In this document: one piece after another, positions 47,041 through 61,999 of the stretch
Layout: each line of letters opens with the position of its first letter
Position numbering within the stretch: the stretch's first letter is position 1
Assembly: GCA_050084985.1 (NCBI GenBank)
Contig: JBITNC010000001.1
Span: 1,054,001-1,118,000, forward strand
Reading direction: 5' to 3'
DNA length: 64,000 nucleotides
Origin: Nageia nagi
Taxonomy: Eukaryota; Plantae; Pinophyta
Notes under the pieces: generated by a model
Database searches by the model: none
Told to the model about the DNA's origin: nothing
What the model saw: only the letters and a program-made list of their open reading frames with translations
Translations under genes and position numbers: made by a program

Positions 47041-47769
47041 TTTCATAATAACCCTCTGAGAGATGAAGAAATTGCCACCATCCAAATCAACCAATGAATA
47101 ATATGATTAAGGGATACTACATGGTGTTTTTGCAATACATCATCAGGAAACCAAGATATCATCACCATCCAATTCAGCCAAAGACATAGCAAATTAAACA
47201 TGAAGAAAGGTAGCAAAATTTGAACTCGTAGCATGCATGAAACACACATGGATCTCCCGTAGGCTCTTGCTAGTAGATGAAGGATGAACAGAACTATTTA
47301 TATCAACATATGGGAAAAATAAATAACGATGATGATAGTTATATATGCTTGACACTTGAGCTATCAAAATCTAGTAAAAGCCATGCAAAGGAGTGACATT
47401 TAATGACTAGCCACAAATTTGTCAATGATAATGTTATTATGAGAAAATTCCAGTAGCACAATTCAACAAGTAACTATTATTCAAACTTGAAAGGAATTAT
47501 AGAGCCAATGGAGAGATAATGGAGCATCATGAAGTTGGAGAAAGTCACAGAGGTGTTTGCTAAAGCATAATTTGAGCATTATCAGGTGTGAGCTCCATCT
47601 GTTTGCTTAATTATTTTGCTATATGAGAATTGTAAATACTTTTATCCTTTATATGGTAATTCACATTTTAAGCAATGGAAGAATTTAAGGTTATAACTCT
47701 AGCACCATAGGAATTTGATAGAAGTAAGCATAAGATTTCTATGACATGATTAAAATAGCAAAAATGAAT

Positions 47770-49900
47770 ATGAACTAAAATCCTATTGAGTCTATATTAA
47801 ATGAACTAGAGATTCAAACCCTAGATTTGTTTAGGTTTACAAAAGAACATTAAGGAAAAAATGCTTCCACTATGTACAAATTATGAGAAAAAGCCAAAAA
47901 ATCTATAAAAGAAATGCTACCTAGAAGGTAGGTATGGGATTCAAATTTGGGTAGACTAGTATGTCCTTTGGTAGTTTTGTCCCTTGCCCTATTGGTATGG
48001 TTACTTCAAGATATGATGATAATGCAAGGGAATTTGGGAAGCCAACTAGGGAAATAGCTTTTAGTTTGAAACCTTAGCCTATCAAATAGGTGTTTTGATT
48101 GAAAGAAGGAAATCAAATTTGAATTATAAAAACATAGTGAATAGAGCTACAACCTTACCGATCAATGTATTTTATAGGTTTTTCTACATATAAATGGAAA
48201 CAGGGATCAATTTTCGTTCAGAAAGAATCTATTAAATATTTGGGCCATAGATTATGTAGATATGATTAATGCAATGTTGGGAACAAGAGAATTTGAATAT
48301 ACAACTAGAGAGGTTTTGGCCATTTTTCATGATGTGTTAGTATGATATGATGTTTAGACCTTATGACTGGGATTTATTTATTCATACCAATCTCTATGTT
48401 CAATTATTATCAATGAAAATGTTCATACACCAAAAGAAGGATATCAAAGAATTAATTCCACACTTCTCTTATTACTCTTTTTTGATCACTTTATTCGTGG
48501 GCCAATTGCTTGATGGTACAATTGATGAATTGAGAGGAGATGCTAGTAAGAGATAGTACAATACAAACTCCCTTACATAAGAGAGGGAGAAGGAGCTTAA
48601 ACTAGAAATGATTTTTATCATAAATTTCTCTTTGCAATATTTTTTGCCATACATGGAAATATGCCTAGTAGAATCAACCCTTCTTTAATTGATTTATTAT
48701 CAAAGCAAAAAATTGGAGAGTATTTTATACTAGAAGAGTATTCATATGCAAGGGTCTATGGTTCAAAATTGGCCCCAAAGGTATTGCCAAAATATGCCCC
48801 ATTCTCATTGATCTGTTTGGACATTTTAAGATAAATGGTAGAAGATGCCAAGGTAAAATTAGTGAAAAAGAAAGGAAAGGTCCCATTTCTCATAACACCT
48901 TGTAGAATTGGTTGTATTATTACAACAACTATCATCCATGTTTACTAGCATTGAGAATATGGATCAGTATTTCTTTGATGAATTTACTTGAAGGCCTTTG
49001 ATCCTTATCGGTATCACAAAGAATATATTCAAAATTTGATAAACGATTTATTCTTATACATAGAGAGGTTTCATTTGAAGATAAAATCAACAAAAGGATT
49101 AAGAGGTAAGCTCCAATGCATGAAATTGAAGAGGTTTAGGCTACTTTTGATGGATTGAGAAGAGAGTATTTCAGTTTACAATTTCTAGAATCATATAGTG
49201 AGAAGTTGAAGAGGTTGAAAAAGAAATAGTAAATACAAATCCTTTATTCTTTGAGCCACTCTTTCTAGATATGGTCCAAGATTTATCATATGAAATGTAG
49301 AAGGAACATAAGGTTCAACTTTATTTTAAAGAGAGAAGATAAAACTATCAAAGCTATTTGGAAATAACTTTAGCATTGGATATCATTTTGGAAGTATTAA
49401 CGAATAAACTAATTATAGGAGAATCTTATCAATCTCAAGAAGCTCTTCCTCCTATATAACAACAGATATTGAAAATAGTTGAACTACCTTCAACTTTTAT
49501 ACCCCCTACCAATAAGAAGATAGATGAGAAATAGACCAAAGGAAAGGAAAAATAAGTTAAGAATAACACAACTTTGGCCAAGAATGAAGATGAGTTAATA
49601 GTCCTTATGCTATTACTATTGTAGGAAAGAAGAAGATCCTTAACACTTACCATGGAAGGAAATTCTATAAAGAAGGAGGAATTAATATTATTATGAGATA
49701 TTTTTATTCTAAATAGGATAGTTATCCTTCGCATCAAAAAATCAAGATCCATACGGAATAACTAAGGAAGGTAATCCAACCATCAATATTTCTATTTTTC
49801 AAATTGATGATGGAGAAGTAGGAGGAATCAAAAGAGGTAATGAGCTAATGGAAGTACATATCACTGAAGGTACCACTACTTCTCCCATAATGGATTTGCA
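47770..49900 (+). pseudogene. Degenerate accessory ORF of the type seen in gymnosperm LTR retrotransposons
   Basis: YDWDLFIHTNLYVQL..FSYYSFLITL and EEYSYARVYGSKLAPKVLPKY motifs; many stops. Confidence 0.5.
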
Positions 49901-50074
49901 GATCCCTATTTTTACTAGTTTAATTATTTCTAATATTCCTCATATTGAAGCACCTATATTGATCTATAATCACAGATGCTTATAGCATATTCGGATCCTC
50001 ACTTACAGATTAAATGAAAATAGTTAACCATTATGAGACCATATAATTGCATATACAATATGAAAATTGCATAT

Positions 50075-51897
50075 TGTAAATCAAAAACTAGCAATCTCAA
50101 AATATACCCCAACAATATCAACATAATGATTTACCCTGGTTCAACCAGTGTGGGCTAATCTAGCATGGAATTAGAGCCTCCTCTTCTCATTATTTATGGA
50201 CATTACAATATTACATGCATAGAGTAATACCATCAACATAATGATAATACAATCTCCTACAATTACTGTAACCTCCTACAGCAAAGAGGAAATACAATCT
50301 CAAAACTACAAAATTCTGAAATGACTCTTGGTCTTCCTTCAAATCTTACAATCCCAAAATCCTAACTCTCTCAAAATTCCCATTGAAGAAACATGGGAAT
50401 GGCATGCTCTTTAATAAGCCTCGAATCACCTCAAAAATGCCTTATTCGACATTGATTATGGAATCTAAAATAGTTCCTCTACCCAACACATCAACATCCC
50501 TTTGACTTCTATTGCTAACTCATCAAATTGCATGTCAAAATTGCATGTCATTGGTAGCCTAGATTTAGATTTTTGAACACCATGTGCAACCTAAAATTGA
50601 ATATTGATTAACTCTATATTTTGATCTTTGATATATCTCCATGCATAGATACCCATGGACTAAGTACTACTCTTAAAAAGATAATCAAACATGATCCAAT
50701 TCGGATCACACCTCCCCAGTAGGAAAGCATTTGGTCCCATAAATGCATAGAATGAGGATACAAATCCCCAACTTTGGACCTATCCATCCACTTGGCTTTA
50801 TTAGGCTTATTTCCTTTTAACCCAACCAACCACAACACTATTTCTCCTCTCCTTGTAGCACGAACCTTCTTTTGTAATATGTAATCCTTCTTGAGTTCAT
50901 CCATAGTATTAGAAGCTAAGTCATCAATAAATGGAAAAATTTGATCTGAACCTACTTCGTCTCAATCAATATAGATGGTTCATAAATTTTAAATGCTCAA
51001 AATTCACAATTGAATAGATTTCATATATTCTGGAAGGTCCAATCTAAAGGCATTCTCACTTAATTGCTTCATAATCTCAAATGGTCCATACCTTATAGGT
51101 TTCAACTTCTTGGTTGGTCCTTACAACCTCTCCTTACTAAGATGCAACCAAACATGGTCTCCCACATGAAATTTATGGTTAAATCTATGTTTTTCATGTC
51201 TCATCTTGTACTTGGCTTGACTTGTCTCAAGTTCTCTTGGGCTTTCAAATGAATTTGCCTAATTTTTCAACAAATTTTTTAGCTTGCTTTTCCTCTTTTC
51301 AAGTGAATCTTCTTCATCCTTTTGTTTTCCAATATACACAATCAAAAGGTAAAGGTGGTAAATAACCAAAACAAGTCTCAAAAGGACTCTTATTAATGGA
51401 AAAATGAATTTCCCTATTGTATGCATGTTGGATATATTCAAGATGCTCATACCAAGACTTAGGATATTTTCCATAATAATCCCTCAAGAGTTGAACTATT
51501 GTCCTATTCACCACCAATTTTTCCATCCATTTGAGGATGAAAGGTAGTACTACTCTTCAACATTGTATCCTTTCCCATAAATATGTCCAAAACTTGCCCA
51601 AAAACCTGCTATCTCTATTTGAAATAATGGAATTAGGAAACCCATAATGAACCCAAACATGAGAAAAGAATAAATTTGCAACATCTTGTCCTATTGTAAT
51701 CTTTTTACATGGAATCAAAACACACATCTTGCTAAATCTATCCACAACAACAAATAAATAGTCATGATTTTCTTAATCATAGGCAATCCTCCCACAAAAT
51801 CCATTGAGATACATTCCCATGGATGTGAAGGTACTGGAAGTGGCTGATACAAACCCAATTTCTTCTTACTTGGCTTACTAGTACAACACAAAGAACA
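50075..51897 (-). mobile_element. Ty3/Gypsy element G, 3' part (integrase, PPT 50711-50718, 3' LTR ~50075-50710)
   Basis: [46 protein letters not shown]; GGGGAGG then TGTGATCC on the - strand; left LTR end approximate. Confidence 0.8.
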
Positions 51898-52119
51898 CAC
51901 TATATTGGAGCATGTCCCCTAGGTTCAACATAGTATTCTAGAGCACATCCCCTAGGTTCAACACACTTTTCTGAAGCACATCCCCTAGATTCAACACACT
52001 TTTTTGGAGCACATCCCCTAGATTCAACATATTTTTCTAGAGCACATACCTTAGGTTCAACACACTTTTTTGGATCACGTCCCCTAGGTTCAAGTTTCAA
52101 CAAACTTTTTTGGAGCACA
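51894..52119. repeat. 33-bp minisatellite, about 6.5 copies
   Basis: Unit AACACACTTTT(T/C)T(G/A)GAGCACATCCCCTAG(G/A)TTC; source of spurious ORF 51900-52124. Confidence 0.95.
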
Positions 52120-52499
52120 ACCATAGTTGCAAGAAATGGGAAATTTGATTCATAAACTCTAAATTTATAGATGTTAATGCTTTAATATCTATTAAAATTT
52201 TAAATAAATTTTATAAAATTTAATTAATTAGAAATATGTGTTGCAACTATGAGCATGTATAAATTCTTGTCATAGCATAATTAAGGAGCTCAAAAGCTTC
52301 ATGTATAATTTTGTTAGGTGTTAAGTTTAATACAAAATAAAACATAACAACACTCAAAATAAACAAAACATACTATTAGGATTAGATAAACCATAAACAT
52401 AACAAATATATATTTCATTCTAAACTTATATAATTAATAAGCTTTAAATCAAATATGAAGTTCGGTGATATCCAAAATACTAAACTTTACATTGCTAGT

Positions 52500-55400
52500 A
52501 ATCAAAATATGAGATATTTATATGTCTCATCACTGATCACTCCCCTTGAATTAGATCATTGTTGCACCTGCAATAATTAAAATGATGTACAATTTCCATT
52601 ACTAATTTTCTTGCCAAGTTTGTAGTAAATGATTGATATCATATACACCAACTACAAAGATACACCTTTCCTATGTTTTTGGATGTTCCTCTATAGTATG
52701 TCCATGTTGCAACTTTACCTTTATATTCTAAATCTAGAAATCTATATACTTTTATGGTTTTGTATTATGCATTGATGAAATGGGATACAATAAGAGGGAT
52801 GGTCTAAACTACATTCCAATCCAAGTAGTTGGATTCTACCTAATATTTTCAATTAATGCCATGGCCATTCTATAACTCCACTTAATATTATTAGAAAAAA
52901 ATATTTCCCTCTACCTATGCTCTATTATTTGTAGTTTTCATTAGATATGACAATTTCCTAGGGCTTGATCAAAATGATTTTGAAGGGCCACTTGAAAGAA
53001 AAATATTCTTCCATCATCATTGCATATGTAGAATGTACAGTAGGTATAGTGATGAGTCATTTGAATTTTCTTTCCAACAATTGAGGGCATACATTCTTCC
53101 CTAATCAAGAAGGTGTCTTGTGTCTCCCTTTGCCTAACCAAATTGAGATCATGTCTCCATTTACTTTGATTTTCCAAGATTAAGACAAGGGCACATAATT
53201 GAACATCACCTACATACAAATTAGGAAAAATCTATGTTTTTTTCTTAAGAAAGAACCCATGCATTTAACATTCATAAAGAAAGTTCTTTTCATCCTCTAA
53301 GGTGACAAAGTAAGCATATAAAAATTCAACAAGTTTTGCATTAAATATGGATGCCTCTTTTAATTTTTTGTACTTGCCACCTAAATCATTGTTCCTTTAA
53401 ATACATCCTATACATTTTAGGAGAGTTTTGTAACTACAAGGATTCCTCAAACATTGAGTAAATATCCAATACCGCTTATTTAGCTTGATTTGTTTTAATG
53501 TTAAAATTTTATAGCTCCTTTTTAGTGTTCGCATGATATAAAGCTATCTGAAATAATTTATCATTCCTTTCAATTAGGTTTTTAACAAGTCTCTCTTGAA
53601 GATCCAATTGGTATTTCAAGTTTTGGATTTTATGAGACAACATTTCATAGGATTTTTTAGCTTTCAATCTCATCTCATGTTCTAATAACAAATCATTCCA
53701 TATGTTTTTAAATTCTTGGACTAAACTCTCATTCTTTTCTTCCTCAATTTTTAAAGCATTAGTTAACTCAAACATTGTGATGGTTTCCTCTATTAGAGCT
53801 TTTTTTGTACTCTAATATTCTACAATTGAGTGCCTAAGTCTGCGGTTAACATTTCTTCATGAATTAACTTTTCATTTTGAATTTGTAGCTCTTGATATTT
53901 GGCAATTATTTCTTTATGACTTTATTCTAAACTAGCTTTTTCTCCCATGAGTTGAATGTTTATTTTCTCTAAAGACTATATTTTACAATGAAAACCTGAG
54001 TAGGTGAATCTACATGCAAGAATGCTTGAATGACCATTTCCATGAGGATGTTCATGGGTTTCATATTTGCTTTATTTTAGGAGAATGTTGGGGTGGTATC
54101 ACAATAATTTCATCAATGTTAATGTGATCTAAATTATATGCACACTCAATCAAATTGATTTGAACCATTAGAGAGTTGGGTCTAGCTCGTTCTGGATCTA
54201 CTTGTGTTATTGCCTCTAGAATTTTATTTTTCTCAAAGTATATATCTTAAATAGTCATATGGTATTCCATATCCTCTTCTTCATTATCTAATAAGAATTA
54301 TCATTTTTTGGGAGGATCAATATTCATAGGGGTACCTTCATCCATCCTTTGTCTATACCTCCATTGTAAGATAAATATGCGTGAGTTCTCTATGGTCTCC
54401 TTAGAACCAAGGTCAATTGTAATGCCTTTACCACTGGTGAAGGATACAAATACAATATTCATCTTCCCATTTTTATGAATCCAAAATTTTATATTGGATA
54501 TCTGAGGAGTTTATGATTACTATGGCAACTTACAAATATAAAATGGAGATGTTTTTGCTTCTTCTATGAGGTTCTATATGAACTTTTTAATATCTGATTA
54601 AGGGATGATTGGTGGACTACTTGGAAACATATTCTTACCATGGCTAGAAGGTTTTGTAATGAATTTTGAAGTATACTCATAATCAAGGGTCAATTCTATA
54701 TTATAACCTCTAGGATTATCATGTAGGGTTTTTAGAGCATCATCAACATGTGGTGCATTAGTATGTGAGATGCTACATGAGGATTCCCACTTTAGAAATA
54801 ATTTTATGGCCTAAAAAGGTCTCACTTCCTCTTACCATCATGTAGTTGTATAAAGTACTCCTAACACAATAAAATTATTAAACCATATGTTTAAGGGCCT
54901 CAAATTTCTTCATTTTCTTTGCTTGGGTTTTTCGTGCTATAGTTTGCAAGCTATAATAAAGGAATGTGTAAATATTATACTAGTATGGGGGCCCATACCT
55001 TAGAAATATCAATAAATTCATATGGTATCCCAAGAGTGTGCCATGTTATCCATCGCAAGTCAAGTACTTCATCACTAAGTATGAAACTTTGGTCCATTTC
55101 TTTGGTAGAGTATCACTTTTAACTCCTTGAGAATGTGCACCACTAATGTATAATTATGCATGAGGTTATCTTGGCCCATGAAATTTTTGGAGGAGGGAAT
55201 CATAATGACACCACTTAGTAAGACTATTTCCCTCCATTGGAATACTTGATGTCACACTAATTATTTCCTTAGTGACTAAAATTGTATGTCCCTTTAGATT
55301 GATGAAGTTATTCAACAAATTTAAATAAGTGAATTGCTTAACAATTCAACTTTGCAACTCAAACTGTGAAAACAAACTCAACAATAGAAAATTGGAATTT

Positions 55401-58400
55401 AACCAACACCCAAATCTATATTGAGAATAGGATTCACACACATACATAATTGTACTAGTTGCAAATAAATCACACACAATGTTAAAGGTCATAGGTGACC
55501 TTTACCCTTCAACTTACAAGATGGAATATGAAATGAATATGAAATGAAATGCCAAAATGCAAAAATGACAAACACAAAAAACATTGCCAGCTAGTGGATC
55601 GATTACATTAGACTAATCGATGGGCTGATTATGGTATAGACTAACTAGTGGGTTGGTTATAGTTTGGACTAATCGATGGGTCAGTTACAGTTTGGACTAA
55701 CCAATTTGCAATGTACCAATTTGTAGACAAAGGAGAGACACCCAAAATTGAGATGACAAAATAAGTTGAATTTTTATGCTTCAAGTTATCCTAAGGTCTT
55801 GAAATTATTCATACTACCCCCTGCTAATAAGAGGACCAATAATAATATCTATTAATAGTAAAATTAAGATTTTACCATTGCTTTTGTGAATATATCTGCC
55901 ACTTTATCTTGTGTTGGATAATACCTCAATTTCAATATCCCTTTCTCCACCAAGTCATTGATGAAATGAGTCTTAAAATCAAAGTGCTTTATTCTAAAAT
56001 GATGGATAGGGTTTTGTTCCAACTTGATGGAAATTTGGTTGTCACAAAAAATTATTATTTCTTGAGTTTTCTCCTTTGTAATCCCCTTCAACACCTTCCT
56101 CAACCATAGTGCTTGTGTTGAAGCACTTGTTACTACTACATATTTAGCTTTAGTACTTGAAAGAGCTACAATGGATTATTTTATAGAGCTACATGATATC
56201 AAACATAATCCAAGAGAGAATAAATTCCCACTTGTGCTCTTCCTATCATCCAAATTGTTGCCCCAATCATTGTTATTGAAACCTTTGAGTTGGAGCTTGG
56301 AATTACATGTATAATGTATTCCATAGTTTACTATTCCCTTCACATATATGAGTATTCTCTTTGCTACCTTGAGGTGTACAACTGATGGATCACTCATGTA
56401 TCTTGCAACCAAATATATACTAAATTTCAAATTTGGTCTTATGTTTTTTAGAAACATAAGGCTTCTAGCAATCCTCCTATATTGCTTCTTGTTTACCTTT
56501 TTTTCTCCATATTCCTTGCAAAGATGTTCTCCATGGGCTATAGGTGTTGCAATAGGTGTACAATTCTCCATTTTGAATCTTTTTAATATGTATCTTGCAT
56601 ATTTGGATTGAGACACAAAAATTTCATCATGTGTTTGATGCACATCCAAGCCAAAAAAGTAGCTCATCAAAACAAGATCCTTCATTTCAAACTCAACCAT
56701 CATATGAGTTTTGAAAGATTCATTCATTTTGATACTACTTCCCATGAAGATTAAATCATCTAATACAAGCAAACAATCAAAATATTAATATCATTTTTCT
56801 TGAAATATAATGTAGGCTCACTTACACTTCTTTGAAAACCCACACTCTTGAAGTATCCATCAATTCTTGTATACCAACCTCTTGGAGCTTGCTTCACCCC
56901 ATATAGTGCCTTTTTGAGCTTGTATACATGATATTCTTTTCTAAAAACCTTAAAACCTTGATGTTGTGCTACATACAACTCTTCATTGATATATCCATTT
57001 AAAAATGCACTCTTCACATCCATATGTGGGACTGTCCAACTTTTACTTGTAGCCAATGAAAGTACCAATCTAATTATTTCTTGCCTTGCAACTGGTAGAA
57101 ATGTTTCTTCAAAATCCACTCCATACTATTGATGAATCCTTTTTCCAATAGTATTGCTTTGTATCTTTCAACACTCTCATCACTCTTGCATTTTGTTTTG
57201 TACACCCATTTTGAACTAACCATTTTCTTACCTTTGGGAAACTCACAAAGTTCCCAAGTATCATTACTTTCAATAGCATCAATATGTTCTTCCATAGCTT
57301 GCATACAAACACCATGAGAACAAGCTTCTTCATAACAAGATGGGTCAATAATAGTAGTATTTAAAATAGGAACAAAATTTGAAATGGAACAAAGTGCATA
57401 GTTTACCATTTCACCTTTGGGATCTCCATTATCTTCATCTCCATAAATTTGGATGCTTTCCAATATTGCAACTAAAATTTGCATTTTTTGAGTTTAGTTT
57501 ATTGTGATTCTCCTCATGATGTTTTCATATATGATTTAACTTTCCAAATGCTCCTTCAACAATCTCTTACATTTGTTGTCTTGGTTCAAGAATCTTGCAT
57601 TGGGTGAACTTGGTGCACTTACACATTTTGGTGATATAATGGAGCTAGATGATCTTGATGAGATTGGAGCACTCATAATTGATAGTTGTACCTCAAATTT
57701 CTTTCTAAAACATGGATGGGATTCTCTTTGACTGCTTCTTTCTCCTCCAAATTCTCTTCTTAAGTACACTTTACTGTAATTTTTTATTACTGTACTCTCC
57801 CTTCATAAAAAATTACATCTCTTGATACAACAATTTTATGGCTCTTGGGATTATAGAATTTGTAGGCTTTTGAAAGCTCAAAATATCCTATAAACACACA
57901 AGGCTTAGATTTTGCATCCAACTTCCTTCTTTTTTCATCATTAATGTGAACATATGCAAGACATCCAAACACTCTCAAGTGTTACAAATTTGGTTTTCTT
58001 TCAAACCAAACTTCGTAGGGGGTAATTTTGTTCAAGCTTATTATAGGAGATCGGTTCAAAATTTATAGTGCTATCCTTATTGCTTTAGCCCAAATAAGCA
58101 TTGGGTAATTTTTTACTTTGCATCATGCTTCTTGTCATTTCAACAAGAGTCTTATTTTTTCTTTTTGCTACTCCATTTTGATGTGGTTTGTAGGGAGAGG
58201 TAAGATGCCTCCTAATGCCATTCTCCTTGCAAAATTGAAAAAATTCATTGCTATAGTATTCCCCTCCTCTACCACTTCTCAAACAATTCACATGATGCCC
58301 ACTTTGTTTCTTAATAAACAATTTGAATTCCTTAAAATAATCAAATACCTTATCTTTGCTTGAGATAAAATAAATCCAACTCATTCTAGTGAAATCATCA

Positions 58401-60750
58401 ATAAAAGTAATAAAGTAAGAGGATTTACCAAAATTTGAGTTTGCATAGGCCGAAAAATGTTAGCATGGACCAATTGGAGAGGATATTTTGCTCTCCATGC
58501 TTCATCCTTTGAAAACTTTCCCCTTTCTTGCTTTTTTATTGCATGTGTTTTCAAACTCCAAAAATTTAAGTGCCCAAGCCTCATATGCCAAAGTTTACTC
58601 TTGTCCTCAACTCCCATAAAAACATAGCTTCCATCTTTCCTAAGAAATTTTATAGGAAGGAGTTTATTTTCAGTCATATTAATAGTGGTCACAAGCCTCT
58701 CACCATGATTTTTATCATAAATTTTGCATGTTTTATCTTCAAACATCAATTTATAATTCTTTTTAAGCATTCAAACAATACTTAACAAACTTTGTTTTAA
58801 ATTCAAAGTGTATTAAATGTTTTTACCTTCATGATTCCCTTTTTGTCAAAAATTACATCTTTCCTTTACCAATAATCTCCAATCTCTTCTCATATCTCGA
58901 TATCACATTGGATTTGTAGGAGTAATAATTGAGGAAAGTAATAATTTCTCATCGATCATGTGATTTGAGCATCCATTATCCAATAGCCAAGTCTCATCTT
59001 CAAGTTTTTGAGAATCTTTCATTAACAAGAATAATTATTCTTCACCATATCCATGCTCATCCTCTCCATAATTTAGTACTTTTCCTTCATGTGTTGCTTC
59101 ATTTTTCATTCATACTCAAGATGGCCAAATTTATTATAGTAATATCATTGCATATTTCTTTTATCTTTACCTCTAACTAGCTCCTCTTCCAAGTGTCTCC
59201 CCCTTAATGATGATGTTGGCTCATTTTTTGAGTTTTTATCTCTCCCTCTTCCTCTTCCTAAAGAGCCTTTATTCCTCCTCTTCTGGATCTACCTCTTCTT
59301 CTTACACCTCTACCTTATCCTCTTCCTTTTCCTTCATTCTCTTTTATGGAGAATGGTTGCTCATCATTGTTACTTGTTCCTCCTTTTATCCTCTTCAAAA
59401 TTCTCTCTTCATGAGCTATGAGAGAACCAACTAAGTTATCAATTTTCATGGTAGAAATATCTTTTATTTCTTCAAGAATAAGTGCATCATGGTCATATAT
59501 ATCTATCAAGGTTATCAAAACCTTCTTGATTACAACCTCCTTCTTTATATTCTCTCCTAGAGTGGCCATTTTATTGATTATGGATTTCACTCTCACACAA
59601 TAATCTTTAGCAATCTCCTTCTCTTCATTGCTTCATTTTCTCAAACTCCCTTCTTAGTTTTTGGAGTTTTACTTCTTTCACTTTGAGGTTCTCTTGATAG
59701 AATTCTCTCAATATTGCCCATGCTTCCTAGGTTGAGACACAAGCTGAGATTTTGGGGAAGATGCTCTTTTCCAAAGCTGCTTGTATGAAAGATAGAGCCA
59801 TGGAGTTTTGCTTCTCATTCTTCTTTGAATCTACACTCAAGGTACTCCAATATGGAGGATCATTGTAGCCAGATTATACAATATCCCAATAGCCTTTTCC
59901 TTTTAGGAGATTCTTCATTCGAACACTCCAATACTCATAGTCACTTCCATAAAATTCTAGAATGGTGATTGAATTTGAGTTGCTTGCCATTTCTTCTCTT
60001 CTCTTTCTTGAACCCAAACTAATCCAACAAATCTCTGATACCAAATGAAATTATTCAATAAATTTAAATAAGCAAATTGCTCAATAATTCAATTTTGCAA
60101 CTTAAACTATGAAAACAAACACAACAATAGAAAACTAGAATTTAACTAACACCCAAATATGTATTGAGAATATGATTCACACACATACATAATTATACTA
60201 CTTGCAAATACATCACACACAACCTTAAAGGTCATAGGTGACCTTTACCCTTCAGATTACAAGCTAGAATAAGAAACAAACATGAAATAAACACCAAAAT
60301 GTAAAAAATGACACACATAGAAAACACTGCTAGCCAATGGGTTGGTTATAGTTTGGACTAACTAGTGGACCAGTTACAGTTTGGACTAACCGATCTACAA
60401 CATACCGATTTGTAGATAGAGAAGAGACACTCCAAAATAAAGATGACAATATAAGTTTAATTTTGATGCTTCAAGTTGTGCTAAGGTCTTAAAAGTCTTC
60501 AATTGATAGAATTTATCTCAAAGTTTTTTGCAAATTCCATAGTCAAAGCCTCATTTGACTTACAAAAATTTTCAAAGAAGCTCATGAGGTGTTGTTTCCA
60601 CATCTTTCTCCTTTTTTTAACTCTTGCATAGTTTTTGGCTCTTTTTTCTACTTGTGTCCACATGGTAGTATAGTTGATAGGTCTCTGCAACCAATTTTAT
60701 TTAAATTTGGGAAGGTTCAAGAGTGTAGGTCATTTTGTAGGTAGGGTAGT
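52500..60750 (-). pseudogene. Degenerate TE-associated gene (conifer-type accessory domain, coiled coil, Cys-containing tail) split by Copia H
   Basis: Removing 55303-60501 and one TSD restores the frame FFENFCKSNEALTMEFAKNFEINSINLKGHTILVTKEIISVTSSIPMEG; further on LPKKWTKVSYLVMKYLTCDG*..YH; coiled-coil ORF 53509-53775. Confidence 0.6.
55303..60501 (-). mobile_element. Full-length Ty1/Copia element H (5199 bp, degenerate), TSD ATTGA
   Basis: LTRs 60046-60501 and 55303-55811; PBS-Met TGGTATCAGAG 60033-60043; gag start ATG at 59990; IN, RT (HMDVKSAFLNG) and RH (ADIFTKA); PPT GGGGGTAGTA at 55812-55821; ATTGA at 55298-55302 and 60502-60506. Confidence 0.97.
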
Positions 60751-61999
60751 ATTAACAATGTCCCCTAAAAGTACTCAATTTTGCCACCTCTTTTAGTCAT
60801 TAGAATCTCACCATGTGGTATGACTTTGTAATTTGTGAACACCAATCTCTAGTATTCTAGAGCACTGTTTCATAATACAACTTTAAAATCATTAATCCTA
60901 ATTCCTAAGTTAGAATAAATATATATCCATTATTCTATGATAGTTGATGTGATAGTTGACAACATGGATAATATTTTTGTATGTTTCCCAAATCAAATTT
61001 AGCTCCTCATTCCTAGCAATGAAATTCCCATTACATAAGATCTCTTGGATATTACACCCAATTTCTTGATGTGATATATTTGGAATATATGCATGTCAGT
61101 GTCAATGTTAGTGATAAAGTCAAGCTCACCAACTATTCATTTCTTCCCTAAAGAGATGGAAAGTGGTGACCTAGCATTATTCTAGAGCAATTACATCACT
61201 TAATTTTGGAGCATGTCAAGCCGTGCCCAATGTTAAAATTTGATGTTTCCTTTCCTCGTCAATAATTTTTTTATGATAGTTTTAATATTATAATGCCCAT
61301 CAGTATACACTTAAATTATTTTTATCTTCTAAATATATTAAAAATATAATAAAATTATCTTTAGTGTGGATATTAAAGATGGATATATTTTTTAACTATT
61401 ATACATATTTTTAATGGTAATAAAAAATATATACCCTTCATATGTGATAGTTGGAAAATAAAAATAGTTGTAAAAAATATTTAAAAATACCAAAAATATT
61501 CAATATGGGCATCAAATTTTAACCCTACTCTTTACATGTTTCTAAGCACCTAATAACTTAGTTTTGCTACTAGAATTGGAAGTTTAGTGGTTTTTAAGTT
61601 GAAAATTAATTTCAAAGTCACCAAAAGACATATGAAATTGTAAAATAATTAGTGACTCTTGAATGTGATGCACTAGAATCACCTTGAGTTGTACAATTTT
61701 GGAATAACTGAAAGAAAGTTTTTAAAATACTAAAAAGAGTTGAAACAAAACCTTAAATTGATAAATATCTAAATGATGAAATAAAAATTTTAAATGAAAT
61801 ATAACTAAAATAAATGATCAAATTGATAAATTGATAAAAGCTATTAATTGAGTGCTACAAATAGTAGTCTATGATAGTTGAAAAAGTCCAAATAATTTAA
61901 ATAACCCTTCAAGGTTTTGCTCCTCATTCACATTGGTATTATCTATTCCATTTTCAAAGTTATCATTAAGATCAACTTTTGTGACTATTTTTTAGTACT

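Noticed and set aside
51900-52124. Repeat-protein ORF, or a CRISPR-like array
   Set aside because: It is a head-to-tail 33-bp minisatellite with no unique spacers and no cas genes, in a eukaryotic TE context.
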